Origin: Candidatus Iainarchaeum sp.
GTDB lineage: Archaea > Iainarchaeota > Iainarchaeia > Iainarchaeales > DTGL01
DNA length: 64,000 nucleotides
Reading direction: 5' to 3'
NCBI GenBank assembly: GCA_026413945.1
Contig: JAOAJX010000001.1
Span: forward strand, 128,001-192,000
Shown: positions 9,162 through 20,175 of the stretch, piece by piece
Numbering within the stretch: the first letter of the stretch is position 1
How the letters are laid out: each line of letters begins with the position of its first letter
The notes under the pieces: model-generated
Told to the model about the DNA's origin: nothing
Seen by the model: only the letters and a program-made list of their open reading frames with translations
Databases searched by the model: none
Translations under genes and position numbers: made by a program

Positions 9162-9629
9162 ATGGTAGTTAAGAGAATATTGAAAGCATTAATAAAGTTA
9201 GGTATTAAAATTAAAAATTGGGCTATTGAAGAAGACGAAAGTTCTGTTTATAGTAGGGTGGAGTATAGTGAGAGTAACAAAGAGCTGAGATCTCTTTGGG
9301 ATTTTTTATCTTTCAATGAGAACACCCAAGCATATCATTTAGTAAATGTCCTGGGTTTTGATGAATGGGTAGATATGCCAGAGATAAGAAGAAGAATAAA
9401 AGAACTTTTTGGGGTGGATTACAAAAATGAACGCAGCTTATATCCATATTTAAAAACACTTGTAGATATTAACTTAGTTGAAACACATAGCATAGGTGGC
9501 CGCAGAAAATGGAGAAAAAGAGAGTTTCTGTTTGAAGTAAATGTCTATGAAAATCAATCAAAAGACAATGCTGATTTAGCAAAAAGGAAAGAAATCAGAA
9601 AGAAACTGAATCTAAAGAGTTCCTTTTAA
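9162..9629 (+). CDS. Winged helix-turn-helix protein
   Basis: MPEIRRRIKELF..SLYPYLKTLVDINLVE..GGRRKW matches a wHTH recognition helix and wing. Confidence 0.6.
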   Translation: MVVKRILKALIKLGIKIKNWAIEEDESSVYSRVEYSESNKELRSLWDFLSFNENTQAYHLVNVLGFDEWVDMPEIRRRIKELFGVDYKNERSLYPYLKTLVDINLVETHSIGGRRKWRKREFLFEVNVYENQSKDNADLAKRKEIRKKLNLKSSF

Positions 9630-10190
9630 AGATTCACAGAGCCTTTTGAAGTTAGTTAAACGTTCGGAGTAAGAATAGCTTTTCAGAAACCATTCATGAG
9701 AAATTAATTTGTTACAAGTAGGCAATATTATTTCCTTACTGTTTTGATCCGTTCTCGTTGTGGGTAGTTTCGAAAGAAAGTTCTCTAAAAGAATTTTTTC
9801 ATTATTGCTGCTAACCCATTGTCTATCTAAAACTTTTTCGCATGCTTTTGCAGCCAGTTGTTCATTTATTTGCTTGTCACTTAGGTAATAAACTGCTTTC
9901 CATTCGCCTTTAGATGACCATCTATGTGCTGGATTCTCACCAGTATTAAAGAAGTTAATCAGTTTCTGAAAAGAATCAACTGGGATTATAATTGAATTTT
10001 TAGAAGGCCTTATAAAAGGTACATCTGACAAAACCCCTTTTCTATGGTACTTATATCTTTTACCACTAGATTTGTTAACTGCCTGTGTATAGCCATAAAG
10101 TGCCCTAAATAATTTTTGATATGTGTAAGATGCTCTACTAACTGACTTTGGAATTATAAATTTATATTGTACAAAATAGGCTTTTAGCGT
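9612..10190 (-). CDS. Hypothetical protein, probably 192 aa with a non-AUG (ACG) start
   Basis: Frame stays open 53 codons upstream of the track's TTG up to a stop at 10191-10193; GAGGGTGG SD-like motif sits 5 nt before ACG at 10190. Confidence 0.6.
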   Translation of the reverse strand, partial: TLKAYFVQYKFIIPKSVSRASYTYQKLFRALYGYTQAVNKSSGKRYKYHRKGVLSDVPFIRPSKNSIIIPVDSFQKLINFFNTGENPAHRWSSKGEWKAVYYLSDKQINEQLAAKACEKVLDRQWVSSNNEKILLENFLSKLPTTRTDQNSKEIILPTCNKLISHEWFLKSYSYSERLTNFKRLCESLKGTL

Positions 10191-10207
10191 TTAGACCACC
10201 CTCTATA

Positions 10208-10716
10208 GTTCCGATAATACTGTTAGAGTATATTTGGAGCTTTTTATGTATAAGTATCTAAGTATTATTGCGATAATTATTAAAATATTGCTTATACATA
10301 ATGTTTTTTAGCTTTTGATCAATAACTTTAAGTCTCTTTTTAATAACTTACTTTGGTACTTCCTGTCTTGTCGAAATAAGCAAAATATCCTTAGACGAGA
10401 TGACTTTGCTGTAAGGTATGCTTTTTTCAGTTATTATCTTTCTAGCTTCAGCTTTTGAGTTCGCTTTTAAAGGTTCTGTAGTTATTGTTTCTATTCTTCC
10501 CTTTTCGAGGTTAATTACAAGGTCAAAAACTTTACCTTTGCGTTCGCCATCAATTGTATATATTTCTTTCCCAAAAAGTTCTGAAAGTCTCACAGTCATT
10601 TAAAACCCTCCCTTCAACAATTATAAAATCTCATAATATATTATCTTCTTAATATTTAAACCTTGTGTTTAGTCTACTAATTTTATTGCTCACATTAACG
10701 TTTTGATTATCGGAAC
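10208..10716. repeat. Inverted repeats resembling Xer-binding arms: GTTCCGATAAT (10208-10218) / ATTATCGGAAC (10706-10716) and TTATGTATAAG (10244-10254) / CTTATACATAA (10291-10301)
   Basis: Two perfect 11-bp inverted pairs read directly, immediately downstream of xerA. Confidence 0.6.
10348..10599 (-). CDS. PRC-barrel protein (CdpB-like, putative cell division)
   Basis: LSELFGKEIYTIDGERKGKVFDLVIN..GRI..IPYSKVISSKDILLI. Confidence 0.85.
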   Translation of the reverse strand: MTVRLSELFGKEIYTIDGERKGKVFDLVINLEKGRIETITTEPLKANSKAEARKIITEKSIPYSKVISSKDILLISTRQEVPK

Positions 10717-10735
10717 AATGACCTCTCAGTATTTT

Positions 10736-11602
10736 TTAGCTATTTAACTCATCAAGTGGACTCTTAACCTTTTTTAGCTCCTCAACAGAAACTTTCGTGT
10801 ATATTTGCGTAGTTGACAAATTACTATGCCCCAAAAGCTCTTGTATTTTTCTTATATTCTCTCCTCGTTCAAGTAAATGTGTTGCGAAAGTATGCCTAAA
10901 GCTGTGCGGTGTCACATTTTTATTTATCCCCGCCTTAATCCTAGCTTTCCTCACAATCCTTTGAATAGTGTCCACTGATATTGGCCTTCCCTTATAATCT
11001 GAAAAAACATATTCGCTATTTTTTTTCCTCTTTTGCAAATAACTTTTAAAATCATTTATCCAAGAATCTGAAAGTATTATAATTCGGTCTTTGTTTCCTT
11101 TCCCACCTCTTACAAGTGCTGTTTTTTCAGCCAAATTTAAATCATTTATTTTCAACTTAGTGACTTCACTAACTCGCAGACCGCTTGAATACAAAAGCAT
11201 CATTATAAGCTTATCTTTCTTTCTTGTAGTGGAATTTATAATTCTCAGTACCTCTTCGCGGGTCATCACAACAGGCAACTTGGTGCCTTTTTTTGGTCTT
11301 TTTATATCTTCCATAACCTCGCTTTTAAGATACTCTTTGAAGAAATGCCTCAACGCAGAATAAACCAAGCACATTGTTGAATCCGTTGCATTATTCTGTT
11401 TTTTGTATGCCATGTAAGCAATGATATCTTCTCGATTTACATTTAAGGGATCTTTCTTAACAAACTCGAGAAACTCTTTTAAGTAAAGCAAATACATCTT
11501 CAGAGTTCTGGCTGAAAAACCACCAACTATAAGTTCTCTTCTAAACGCTTCTACGTACTTCTCAATAAAATCATCTTTTTGTGACTTTGCAATGTCCATC
11601 AT
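10736..11602 (-). CDS. xerA: XerA-type tyrosine recombinase
   Basis: N-terminal SAM-like domain, SGLRVSE, GKGNKDR, HSFRHTFATHLLE, LGHSNLSTTQIY; no integron-integrase extra domain. Confidence 0.92.
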   Translation of the reverse strand: MMDIAKSQKDDFIEKYVEAFRRELIVGGFSARTLKMYLLYLKEFLEFVKKDPLNVNREDIIAYMAYKKQNNATDSTMCLVYSALRHFFKEYLKSEVMEDIKRPKKGTKLPVVMTREEVLRIINSTTRKKDKLIMMLLYSSGLRVSEVTKLKINDLNLAEKTALVRGGKGNKDRIIILSDSWINDFKSYLQKRKKNSEYVFSDYKGRPISVDTIQRIVRKARIKAGINKNVTPHSFRHTFATHLLERGENIRKIQELLGHSNLSTTQIYTKVSVEELKKVKSPLDELNS

Positions 11603-11672
11603 TAATATATTGCTTAATCATTTAAAAAAAGCATTTGGTAAATAATCATAAAAAACCACTTTGATCAAAAAT

Positions 11673-13553
11673 TTAACTATGAATTGTTGTCCTTATTGAA
11701 TCACCTTGCTTTTTCACCGCTATACTAACTTCTTTCCCGCTAAAATTGATTCGCCTTTTTAAGTAGTTCACATTATATGGCAATTTTGGATTTATGCTTA
11801 TTTCTCCTTTTGGAGCAAACGGCTTAATACCCAACATAAATTCATCTATGGCCCTTATTACAAGTGCAGCACCCCATAATTGTAATTTACAACCCATCGG
11901 CTCAAAATTGTTACTATTCCATGATTCGCCTATACAGCCAACAGCGTCATCTTCAGTTAACTGATCCATAATTTTTAAGATTTCATAGCCTTTCTCAGTT
12001 CTACCAAGCATGAACTCAGCGCAGGCCAGCCAACCGGTGCAAAGAGACCAAGCTTGGCCATTGTGATATGCTGCTGGATTATACTCCTTGCTATTTCTTG
12101 ATAGACTCATAACCCCTTTTTCACAGAACATGTCCTCGGATTCGAAGCTCTCAATTTTTTTGCTAAAAAGACCCATTAATATTGCCACAAGTGCATTTGG
12201 TCTTTTAGAAAAATCCATTTGATCTCCAACAAGACGATCAGCGTATACACCATCAGAGTAAAAACTTTTTTGAATAATATGTCTTTGCCTTCTAGCCACG
12301 CTTTCAGACTCACAGGCCAAAGCCAAAGCTTTACTGCTCGGTCTTTTTGTGATAAAAACTAGTTTCGAGAAATCATCCAGAGCTTTAGAAAATAATGCTT
12401 GTATTTCTATGGCATTGTCACGTCTGTTGATAGTATCCATCCATGTTTCATTTTCTTTTGAATCATGCGATATAAAACCACGACTATCACACCTAGATAG
12501 TAAGTACTCAATTATTTGACACATCACTTCAAGATTTTTTTCCAAAAAACTTAAGTCTCCAGAGAATGCAATGTAATCATAAATAGCAGATATATACATA
12601 ATGCTAGAGTCTATAGAAGAATAGTTTCTTTCATTTTCATAGATGTAATTTGGAACTTTTCCATCAACTACATTTTCAGAAAATAGTGTTAATATTTCTT
12701 TTGCACGACCCAAAAAACCAGAATATAATATTGCCGGTATGCTCCAAAAAAGATCTCTTCCCCAAAATTGCAAAAACCAAGGCAACCCAGCATAGTAGGC
12801 TCTACCACCAAAAAGCAACTCCATATTTATTGTAGCTTTCTTGTAAAGATTAGAAATCAATAGATCATCTGATTCAATGTTTTTTGCCAATAACTCATAA
12901 AAATTTCTTTTTACAAATAAATCATCACTGCTAATTTTCTTCTCAGAACCAATCGAGAAAACAATTCTTACTTCTTTCCCATCTAAATAGAATCTGCCGG
13001 GAACATAGAATCTTTGTCTTTCTCCACATGGGCTGTGTTCTTTATACTGCGGCTCTAATCTAAAAGACATTTTTCCAAGCAAGCAGGAAATGCAAATCTT
13101 TCCAAGCTCAGATTCTACCTCAACTATATTAGAATCTTCTAAAAACTTTGTTTGATATGTTCTTTCATGCCAATTTTCTTCACGTCTTCTGATATTTAAT
13201 GCGACCTCTAATTCAGCATCAATATTTTTTTCATTTGCATTTTTCAGTTCAACAACTATACAGGCATCACTCAAAGGGGTCCAAACCGACTGCAAAAAAA
13301 CACCATCTTTCAAACTATGAGCATGAGTGGCTCTTGCAAAATCATATGTTGTTTTAATACAGTTATTTTCTGATAGGTATTCTCCACCAACTTTAAAATC
13401 AAAAAATTCCAGGAACTTTTTATTTTGCGACCAAAAACCAGTCCATTTTGTTTTGAATCCAGTGTCGCAATACCTATGAAAAAAACAATTTTTGTTGCTT
13501 AAAAAATAAGAGTATTTTCCTAAATTATAATTTTTACTTAAAGATGAAAACAT
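11673..13553 (-). CDS. Amylo-alpha-1,6-glucosidase / glycogen debranching enzyme
   Basis: AGLPWFLQFWGRD, TWMD, AIEIQAL, RPN, YHNGQAW, QLWG. Confidence 0.85.
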   Translation of the reverse strand: MFSSLSKNYNLGKYSYFLSNKNCFFHRYCDTGFKTKWTGFWSQNKKFLEFFDFKVGGEYLSENNCIKTTYDFARATHAHSLKDGVFLQSVWTPLSDACIVVELKNANEKNIDAELEVALNIRRREENWHERTYQTKFLEDSNIVEVESELGKICISCLLGKMSFRLEPQYKEHSPCGERQRFYVPGRFYLDGKEVRIVFSIGSEKKISSDDLFVKRNFYELLAKNIESDDLLISNLYKKATINMELLFGGRAYYAGLPWFLQFWGRDLFWSIPAILYSGFLGRAKEILTLFSENVVDGKVPNYIYENERNYSSIDSSIMYISAIYDYIAFSGDLSFLEKNLEVMCQIIEYLLSRCDSRGFISHDSKENETWMDTINRRDNAIEIQALFSKALDDFSKLVFITKRPSSKALALACESESVARRQRHIIQKSFYSDGVYADRLVGDQMDFSKRPNALVAILMGLFSKKIESFESEDMFCEKGVMSLSRNSKEYNPAAYHNGQAWSLCTGWLACAEFMLGRTEKGYEILKIMDQLTEDDAVGCIGESWNSNNFEPMGCKLQLWGAALVIRAIDEFMLGIKPFAPKGEISINPKLPYNVNYLKRRINFSGKEVSIAVKKQGDSIRTTIHS

Positions 13554-13621
13554 TATTCCAAATATAAAAATGAAAGTTATTTAATCTTTATTATTTTTAT
13601 TTACTATCGAAAGGCGGTTTA

Positions 13622-15433
13622 ATGCAAAAAGATTTCACGGTTTTTGAAGTTGGTTGGGAAGTTTCAAATAAAGTTGGTGGCATATACGCTGTTCTTTCAA
13701 CAAAGGCAGCTGAATCTAAAAACAGCCTTAAAAACTTTTTTACAATAGGGCCTTATTTTAGAAGAAATGCAGCCATTGAGTTTGAGGAAGAAACTCCTTC
13801 AAAAGAGTTCGCACAAGTATTTGATTACTTAAAAAAAACCCACGGCATTATCTGCCACTCAGGCCATTGGCTTGTTCCAGGCAGACCAAAGTGCTTACTA
13901 GTAGACCCTAATGATTTAAAAGCAAAAACCAACGAAATAAAACGCGAATTTTGGGATCTATATAAGATCGATTCTCTGGGCTCAGGTGATGATTACAACG
14001 AACCAATTGTTTGGGGCAAAGCAGTCGGCCTCTTGCTGGAACAACTCATTAAAGAAGTCTTCTCAAAAGAACACGAGTTAAAAAAATGCATAGTTCATTG
14101 TCATGAATGGCTTTCTGGTGGAACACTGCTTCATTTAAAGCATTATTTGCCAGAAGCAAAAACAATTTTTACAACGCATGCAACCATGCTCGGAAGGTGT
14201 ATAGCTGCCTCAGGAGAACCGTTACATGAGGAAATACTTTCAAAATTAAATACTGATGAAACAATGCCAATAGATCGCGCTTACCGATATGGCATACAGG
14301 CAAAGCACCTCACTGAAAAAGCCTGCGCAAAAAATGCGACAATATTTACAACAGTTTCCGATTCTTGTGCAAATGAAGCCAAATATATTCTTGGGCGAAA
14401 ACCAGATATCCTGACACCAAACGGCCTTAATGTTGAAAAGTTTTATGTGATGGAAGAACTCGCAAACTTGCATGTTGTTTATAGGAATATCATTAGAAGA
14501 TTTTTATTGGATTACTTTGCGCCTTATTACTATATAAATGTCGAAGATAGTTTATTTTATTTTATATCCGGCAGATACGAAACAAGAAACAAGGGAATAG
14601 ACCTTTTCATAGACGCGCTTGGCTTACTCAACAAAGAACTTAGCTCAGACCAAAAAAGCACCACCTTATTTGCTTTCATTTTTGTGCCCGCACCAAATAG
14701 AGGTAAAAATATAGAGCTTTTGAAACATATGGCATTATATGAGCGCTTAGAAGACGAAATTGAGGATGAAATAAGAAAAATAAAAAACCGCTTATATTAC
14801 AGCATATCTAAAGGAGAGCCACCAACAGGCAACAATCTTCTTGATGACGAGTTTCTATACAAAGTCAAAAAGATGCTCTTTGAACTTAAGCATGAAAATA
14901 ACGAGTTACCACCAATAAGTGTTCTTGAGGTTGACGAAAATGATACAATACTAAATCTAATAAAAAAGAATGGCTTACTAAATAGAGAAACAGATAAAGT
15001 AAAGGTTTTATATTACCCAACTTATCTTAGCACAGCCGATGGTTTGATAGGCCTTGAATATTATCAAGCAGTGATTGGTTGTCATTTAGGGGTTTTTCCG
15101 AGCTACTATGAGTCTTGGGGATATACTCCGTTGGAGACTATTGCACTAGGGCTGCCAACAGTAACAACTGACCTTAGTGGCTTTGGCCAATATATAATGA
15201 AGACCGTTAATAGTGACATAGCTAAAAAAGCGGTAAAAGTTATTCAGAGAGCAAACGTGCCTTATGCACAATCCCTGTCTGAGCTTGTCAGCCATTTGCG
15301 CTACATCTATGATCTTCCCAAAAGAAATCGCGGCGATCTTAAAATAATTGCTAAGCAACTAAGTTATGACTTGTCTTGGCAAAATCTAATTGAAAATTAT
15401 CTTAATGCGTATGAGCTTGCTGCTCAGCGCTAG
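13622..15433 (+). CDS. Glycogen synthase, GT3 family
   Basis: FEVGWEVSNKVGGIY, HCHEW, FTTHATMLGR, SGRYE.RNKG, GCHLGVFPSYYESWGYTPLE. Confidence 0.93.
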   Translation: MQKDFTVFEVGWEVSNKVGGIYAVLSTKAAESKNSLKNFFTIGPYFRRNAAIEFEEETPSKEFAQVFDYLKKTHGIICHSGHWLVPGRPKCLLVDPNDLKAKTNEIKREFWDLYKIDSLGSGDDYNEPIVWGKAVGLLLEQLIKEVFSKEHELKKCIVHCHEWLSGGTLLHLKHYLPEAKTIFTTHATMLGRCIAASGEPLHEEILSKLNTDETMPIDRAYRYGIQAKHLTEKACAKNATIFTTVSDSCANEAKYILGRKPDILTPNGLNVEKFYVMEELANLHVVYRNIIRRFLLDYFAPYYYINVEDSLFYFISGRYETRNKGIDLFIDALGLLNKELSSDQKSTTLFAFIFVPAPNRGKNIELLKHMALYERLEDEIEDEIRKIKNRLYYSISKGEPPTGNNLLDDEFLYKVKKMLFELKHENNELPPISVLEVDENDTILNLIKKNGLLNRETDKVKVLYYPTYLSTADGLIGLEYYQAVIGCHLGVFPSYYESWGYTPLETIALGLPTVTTDLSGFGQYIMKTVNSDIAKKAVKVIQRANVPYAQSLSELVSHLRYIYDLPKRNRGDLKIIAKQLSYDLSWQNLIENYLNAYELAAQR

Positions 15434-16601
15434 CTCCAAGGCGCATCTTGAGATCGCTTATTGCATTTAAATAATTTATGTAAGCGTCATAAGGAGTTTC
15501 ATAAGGGTTGAAGTACTTATGTACGTCGCCATCAGCAAACCACTTTGTGCACATATAGTAAAAATGATCGGATGTTTGCAGTAGTCGCCAATTGTGTAAA
15601 AGCTTAGGATCTTTATTCCTTTTAATTTTACCTTCAAGTGCCCTAATCTCATTAAAAGCATGCAGTTGGATTTTATTTTCAATCCAAGCAGATAAATCCC
15701 TATCAATATCGGCCCAAGATAAGAAATGTGGAACATCGATTTCGTCTTTTGGTTCGAGTTTTTTTATTAAACTAGACGCACATGAAAACTCACAATCTTT
15801 GTACTTAAGTATCTCTAGAGGCAAGTACCTAAGAAATTCAAATATTCCTGTTTCAGGCCATTGATGTTCGCCAAATGTTTCATAATCCATAAATATATTC
15901 ACACAATCCCCTTGTGTAGCAGCTATCCATGATGCATATTTATCTGCAGTTAACGGGTATTCTACCCAATTTCTCTCAGAAAACCTGAATGCAACATCAT
16001 CACTAAGACGGTAATTGCGAAGCAATAGCATAAGATTTTCACCTTTTGCCTTATAAAGATAATTTGGGCTTCTCCACCCCAGTATCCTTTCACTCCCTTC
16101 CGTTATTGCCCCTTTAAAACCAAGCTTAGCAACAATCTTTGCAATATCGTTATTATAAACTGCCTCTGTGTTTCTGAATATTTTTGGCTTAACCCCAAAA
16201 ACCGATTTTATCTTTTTCCTGTGCAGCTTTACTTGCTCCCTAAATTCTCTTTCAGAAATCAAAAAAGAGAGTGAATGGTAATATGTTTCACTAAAAAGCT
16301 CAGCACATCCGCTTTCAACAAGTGCGGCAAAGCTTTCAATAGTTCTTGGAGAATAAAATTCAAGCTGTTCAATAAGTGTCCCAGTTATACTAAAATTAAC
16401 CTTTAAAAGCCCATCTGTTTTGTTTATAAGCTCAAGAATTAGGTTATTAGTTGGCTCATAGCATTTCCTTACAACACGCTCAAGATATGCTTTGTTCTTA
16501 TCCTCATCAAAATAACTCTTTCCCGACCCAATATCAAAAAAAGAGTAGTTACCTATCCTCATCGGCTGATGAACTTGAAAATAGAGACAAATTTTTTTCA
16601 T
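15402..16601 (-). CDS. GH57 alpha-amylase family glycoside hydrolase
   Basis: YFQVHQP, ETYYHSL, FRNTE, LSDDVAFRFS, FMDYETFGEH, LQTSDHFYYM; start set after GGTGA. Confidence 0.93.
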   Translation of the reverse strand: MKKICLYFQVHQPMRIGNYSFFDIGSGKSYFDEDKNKAYLERVVRKCYEPTNNLILELINKTDGLLKVNFSITGTLIEQLEFYSPRTIESFAALVESGCAELFSETYYHSLSFLISEREFREQVKLHRKKIKSVFGVKPKIFRNTEAVYNNDIAKIVAKLGFKGAITEGSERILGWRSPNYLYKAKGENLMLLLRNYRLSDDVAFRFSERNWVEYPLTADKYASWIAATQGDCVNIFMDYETFGEHQWPETGIFEFLRYLPLEILKYKDCEFSCASSLIKKLEPKDEIDVPHFLSWADIDRDLSAWIENKIQLHAFNEIRALEGKIKRNKDPKLLHNWRLLQTSDHFYYMCTKWFADGDVHKYFNPYETPYDAYINYLNAISDLKMRLGASAEQQAHTH

Positions 16602-16605
16602 AAAA

Positions 16606-17802
16606 TCACCTTGCGACTGAGTAATAAACATTCAAACAATCTTTTGCTACATCATTCCAATTACGGTATCTCAAAATCTCAGCCTTTGCCCTTTCTTTGA
16701 GCTCTTCATTTAATGGTTTGTAACTGAGAAGGGCAAGTATCTTATTTGCTAGACCATTAACATCCCAAAAATCTATCTTTAGACAATTTCTAATTACTTC
16801 ACTAACGCCACTTTGTTTGCTTATTATCACCGGAACTTCACAGGCAAGTGCCTCTAATGCTGTTAGACCAAAAGGTTCAGAGACGCTTGGCATAACAAAC
16901 ACATCCGCAATCGAGTAATACTTTGAAACATCGCTTTCAAAACCAACAAAATGAATCCTATCAGCTATCTCCAAATCTACGCTTTTTTGCATAAGATAAG
17001 GCATTTGGTCGCCAGTACCGACAATAACAAACCTAACATTTTTATTTTTCTCTAAAACTTTTTTTGCAGCATCAATGAAAAATTCAACACCTTTTTGTAT
17101 CGTAAGACGTCCAACGTATAGCACTATTTTGTCATTAAACATCTTTTCAATATTCATGCGCTTATATTTATCGAGGTCAATTGCGTTATAAATTACTGTT
17201 ATCTTGTTTGGATTTATTCCATACCTGTCAACAAGTTGCCTTTTCTCGTATTCACTAACTGTTATAATGGCATCTGCCTCAAGAAGACCTAACCTTTCTA
17301 TGTGCATTATCTCAGTATTCGGAAAAAGGTTGCCTGTACGATCATATTCTGTGCTATGGATCGTAACAACCAAGGGTTTCTTTAAAACCCTCTTTAGGGC
17401 TATCCCTGCAGAATAAGTCATCCAGTCATGGCAGTGTATGATATCACAATCAATTTTTGAGCCGATTTCTATCGCCCTGTTGTTATAATATCTTACTTCA
17501 TCAAAGAAGTGCCAACCATAAATAACATCAATTGATCTTTTGTATTTACTTTCAACAGGTAAAGTAATGTATGGTGTTAATTTTGAGCTTACACCAAAAA
17601 ATTCAACTCCGTTAGCTTGTATTATATCAATGAAATCATATTTGATACTTTTGCCAGTATATGGCATAATGAAAGTTATTTTAGTATTTAATGAACTCAA
17701 CGCTTTCGTGAAACCTAAAAGGTATGTTCCTAATCCGCCAGATTTAAAAGGTGGAAATTCCCAACCCAACATTAAGACGTGAAACTTTTTCATCTTTATC
17801 AC
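16606..17802 (-). CDS. GT4 glycosyltransferase (glycogen synthase-like)
   Basis: LGWEFPP..GGLG, IHCHDWMT, HSTEYDR, VGRLTIQKG, PSVSEPFGLTALEA. Confidence 0.9.
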   Translation of the reverse strand: MIKMKKFHVLMLGWEFPPFKSGGLGTYLLGFTKALSSLNTKITFIMPYTGKSIKYDFIDIIQANGVEFFGVSSKLTPYITLPVESKYKRSIDVIYGWHFFDEVRYYNNRAIEIGSKIDCDIIHCHDWMTYSAGIALKRVLKKPLVVTIHSTEYDRTGNLFPNTEIMHIERLGLLEADAIITVSEYEKRQLVDRYGINPNKITVIYNAIDLDKYKRMNIEKMFNDKIVLYVGRLTIQKGVEFFIDAAKKVLEKNKNVRFVIVGTGDQMPYLMQKSVDLEIADRIHFVGFESDVSKYYSIADVFVMPSVSEPFGLTALEALACEVPVIISKQSGVSEVIRNCLKIDFWDVNGLANKILALLSYKPLNEELKERAKAEILRYRNWNDVAKDCLNVYYSVAR

Positions 17803-17909
17803 AAAGAAGATTATATTAAATTATTGGCTTTTATATTTAAAATAGTTACCTTTCAGGAATTAGTGAAAGTTAACCAGATAAATTACTACTTCTTAGAAGA
17901 ATAATTCTT

Positions 17910-19145
17910 CTAATTTCTTTTATTTGCTTTCGCCAATGCTTCTAGCCCAAACAACCGTTCGCCAGAAATAAGCTCGAGCAATGCTTTACCAGCTAGGCTT
18001 ACATGACTAAACTCACTTTCTTTAAATCCAAGTCTGCCTAAAGCCGTAACTGTGTCTCCGCCACCGATCAAGCTAAAGCCTTTAGAAGAAGCCATTGCTT
18101 CTAATACTTTTCTTGTTCCAAAAGCAAAAAGCTCTGATTCAAACTTTCCAACAGGGCCATTCGCAATTACACTCTTTGCTTTTTTTATTTCTCTTGAATA
18201 TATTTCTGCGGTTCTTTCACCTATATCAAATGTCATTTCATTTACAGGTAAATCCTTGATAAGTAACTCTTCACGAAGCGTATGCCTTTCAATAGCCAAA
18301 TCAACTGGCAATAATAGTTTTTTTTCGTGTTTTTGCATTATTTCTTTTAGCTTTGGCAAAAAATCGAGTAGACCTTTTTCTTTCAACATTTGTTCCTTAG
18401 AACCAAGTTTTATTCCTTCAGCAATAAGAGCCATTTCTCCTAAGCCACCACCAAGAAGAATTTTATTTGCTTTCCCCATAACAAGGAGTTTTTCCATAAT
18501 GGCTATTGAATCATCAGGTTTCATTCCCCCAAGCACAAGTGTATATTTTCCCTTTATTTTGGATAGCTTTGCAAGGGCCTTCAACTCTTCGTATAGCAGT
18601 GGTCCAGCATAGCTTTCCAGCAAAGGTATAAAACCAACAACACTAGCATGCCCTCTATGGGAGACACTAAGTGCATCTAATACAAAGAAGTTACTAACTG
18701 ATGCTATCCTCTGTATCAATGGGTTTTTTGAGTGCTCATCTTCGCTCAATTCATTTGTTTCAAAATCTAGGAAGCGAGTATTTTCAAGAATTAATGCTTG
18801 TCCAGGCGTAAGACTTTTTATCTTGCTCACATAGTCGTCATCCCATTTGCAAAATCCGATGCTTTGGCCTAGCATTTGCTCCAAAACTGCTTTGTGCTGC
18901 TCCAGAGATATGAAGTCATCCCTACCTTTTCTTCCTTGATGCGCTAAAACCACTACCTTTGCTTTATGGTCAATAAACTTTTTTATTGTGCGAAAATGCC
19001 CAACTATTCTCGGGCTTCTAATAAGTTTGCCATCTTTTACAGAGCTATTTAAATCAACTCTTAACAACACAACTTTATCTTCAACTCTTCCAAAATCAAT
19101 TTCCTTTATATTCTTAACAATTTCCTTTATCTTCATCGCTGGCAT
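17910..19145 (-). CDS. pgk: Phosphoglycerate kinase
   Basis: LRVDLNS, AHQGR, LENTRF, HRGHAS, NGPVGKFE, GGGDT. Confidence 0.95.
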   Translation of the reverse strand: MPAMKIKEIVKNIKEIDFGRVEDKVVLLRVDLNSSVKDGKLIRSPRIVGHFRTIKKFIDHKAKVVVLAHQGRKGRDDFISLEQHKAVLEQMLGQSIGFCKWDDDYVSKIKSLTPGQALILENTRFLDFETNELSEDEHSKNPLIQRIASVSNFFVLDALSVSHRGHASVVGFIPLLESYAGPLLYEELKALAKLSKIKGKYTLVLGGMKPDDSIAIMEKLLVMGKANKILLGGGLGEMALIAEGIKLGSKEQMLKEKGLLDFLPKLKEIMQKHEKKLLLPVDLAIERHTLREELLIKDLPVNEMTFDIGERTAEIYSREIKKAKSVIANGPVGKFESELFAFGTRKVLEAMASSKGFSLIGGGDTVTALGRLGFKESEFSHVSLAGKALLELISGERLFGLEALAKANKRN

Positions 19146-19149
19146 GTGA

Positions 19150-20151
<1,002 letters not shown>

Positions 20152-20175
20152 TTAAATATTTTGCTTTCAAAATAT

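Noticed and set aside
8767-11602. Integrated mobile element at tRNA-iMet using the tyrosine recombinase
   Set aside because: No duplicated tRNA 3' end found, the recombinase looks like housekeeping XerA, and no phage or plasmid genes are present
10736-11602. Integron integrase with cassette array
   Set aside because: Lacks the IntI-specific insertion and no repeated attC-like sites were seen
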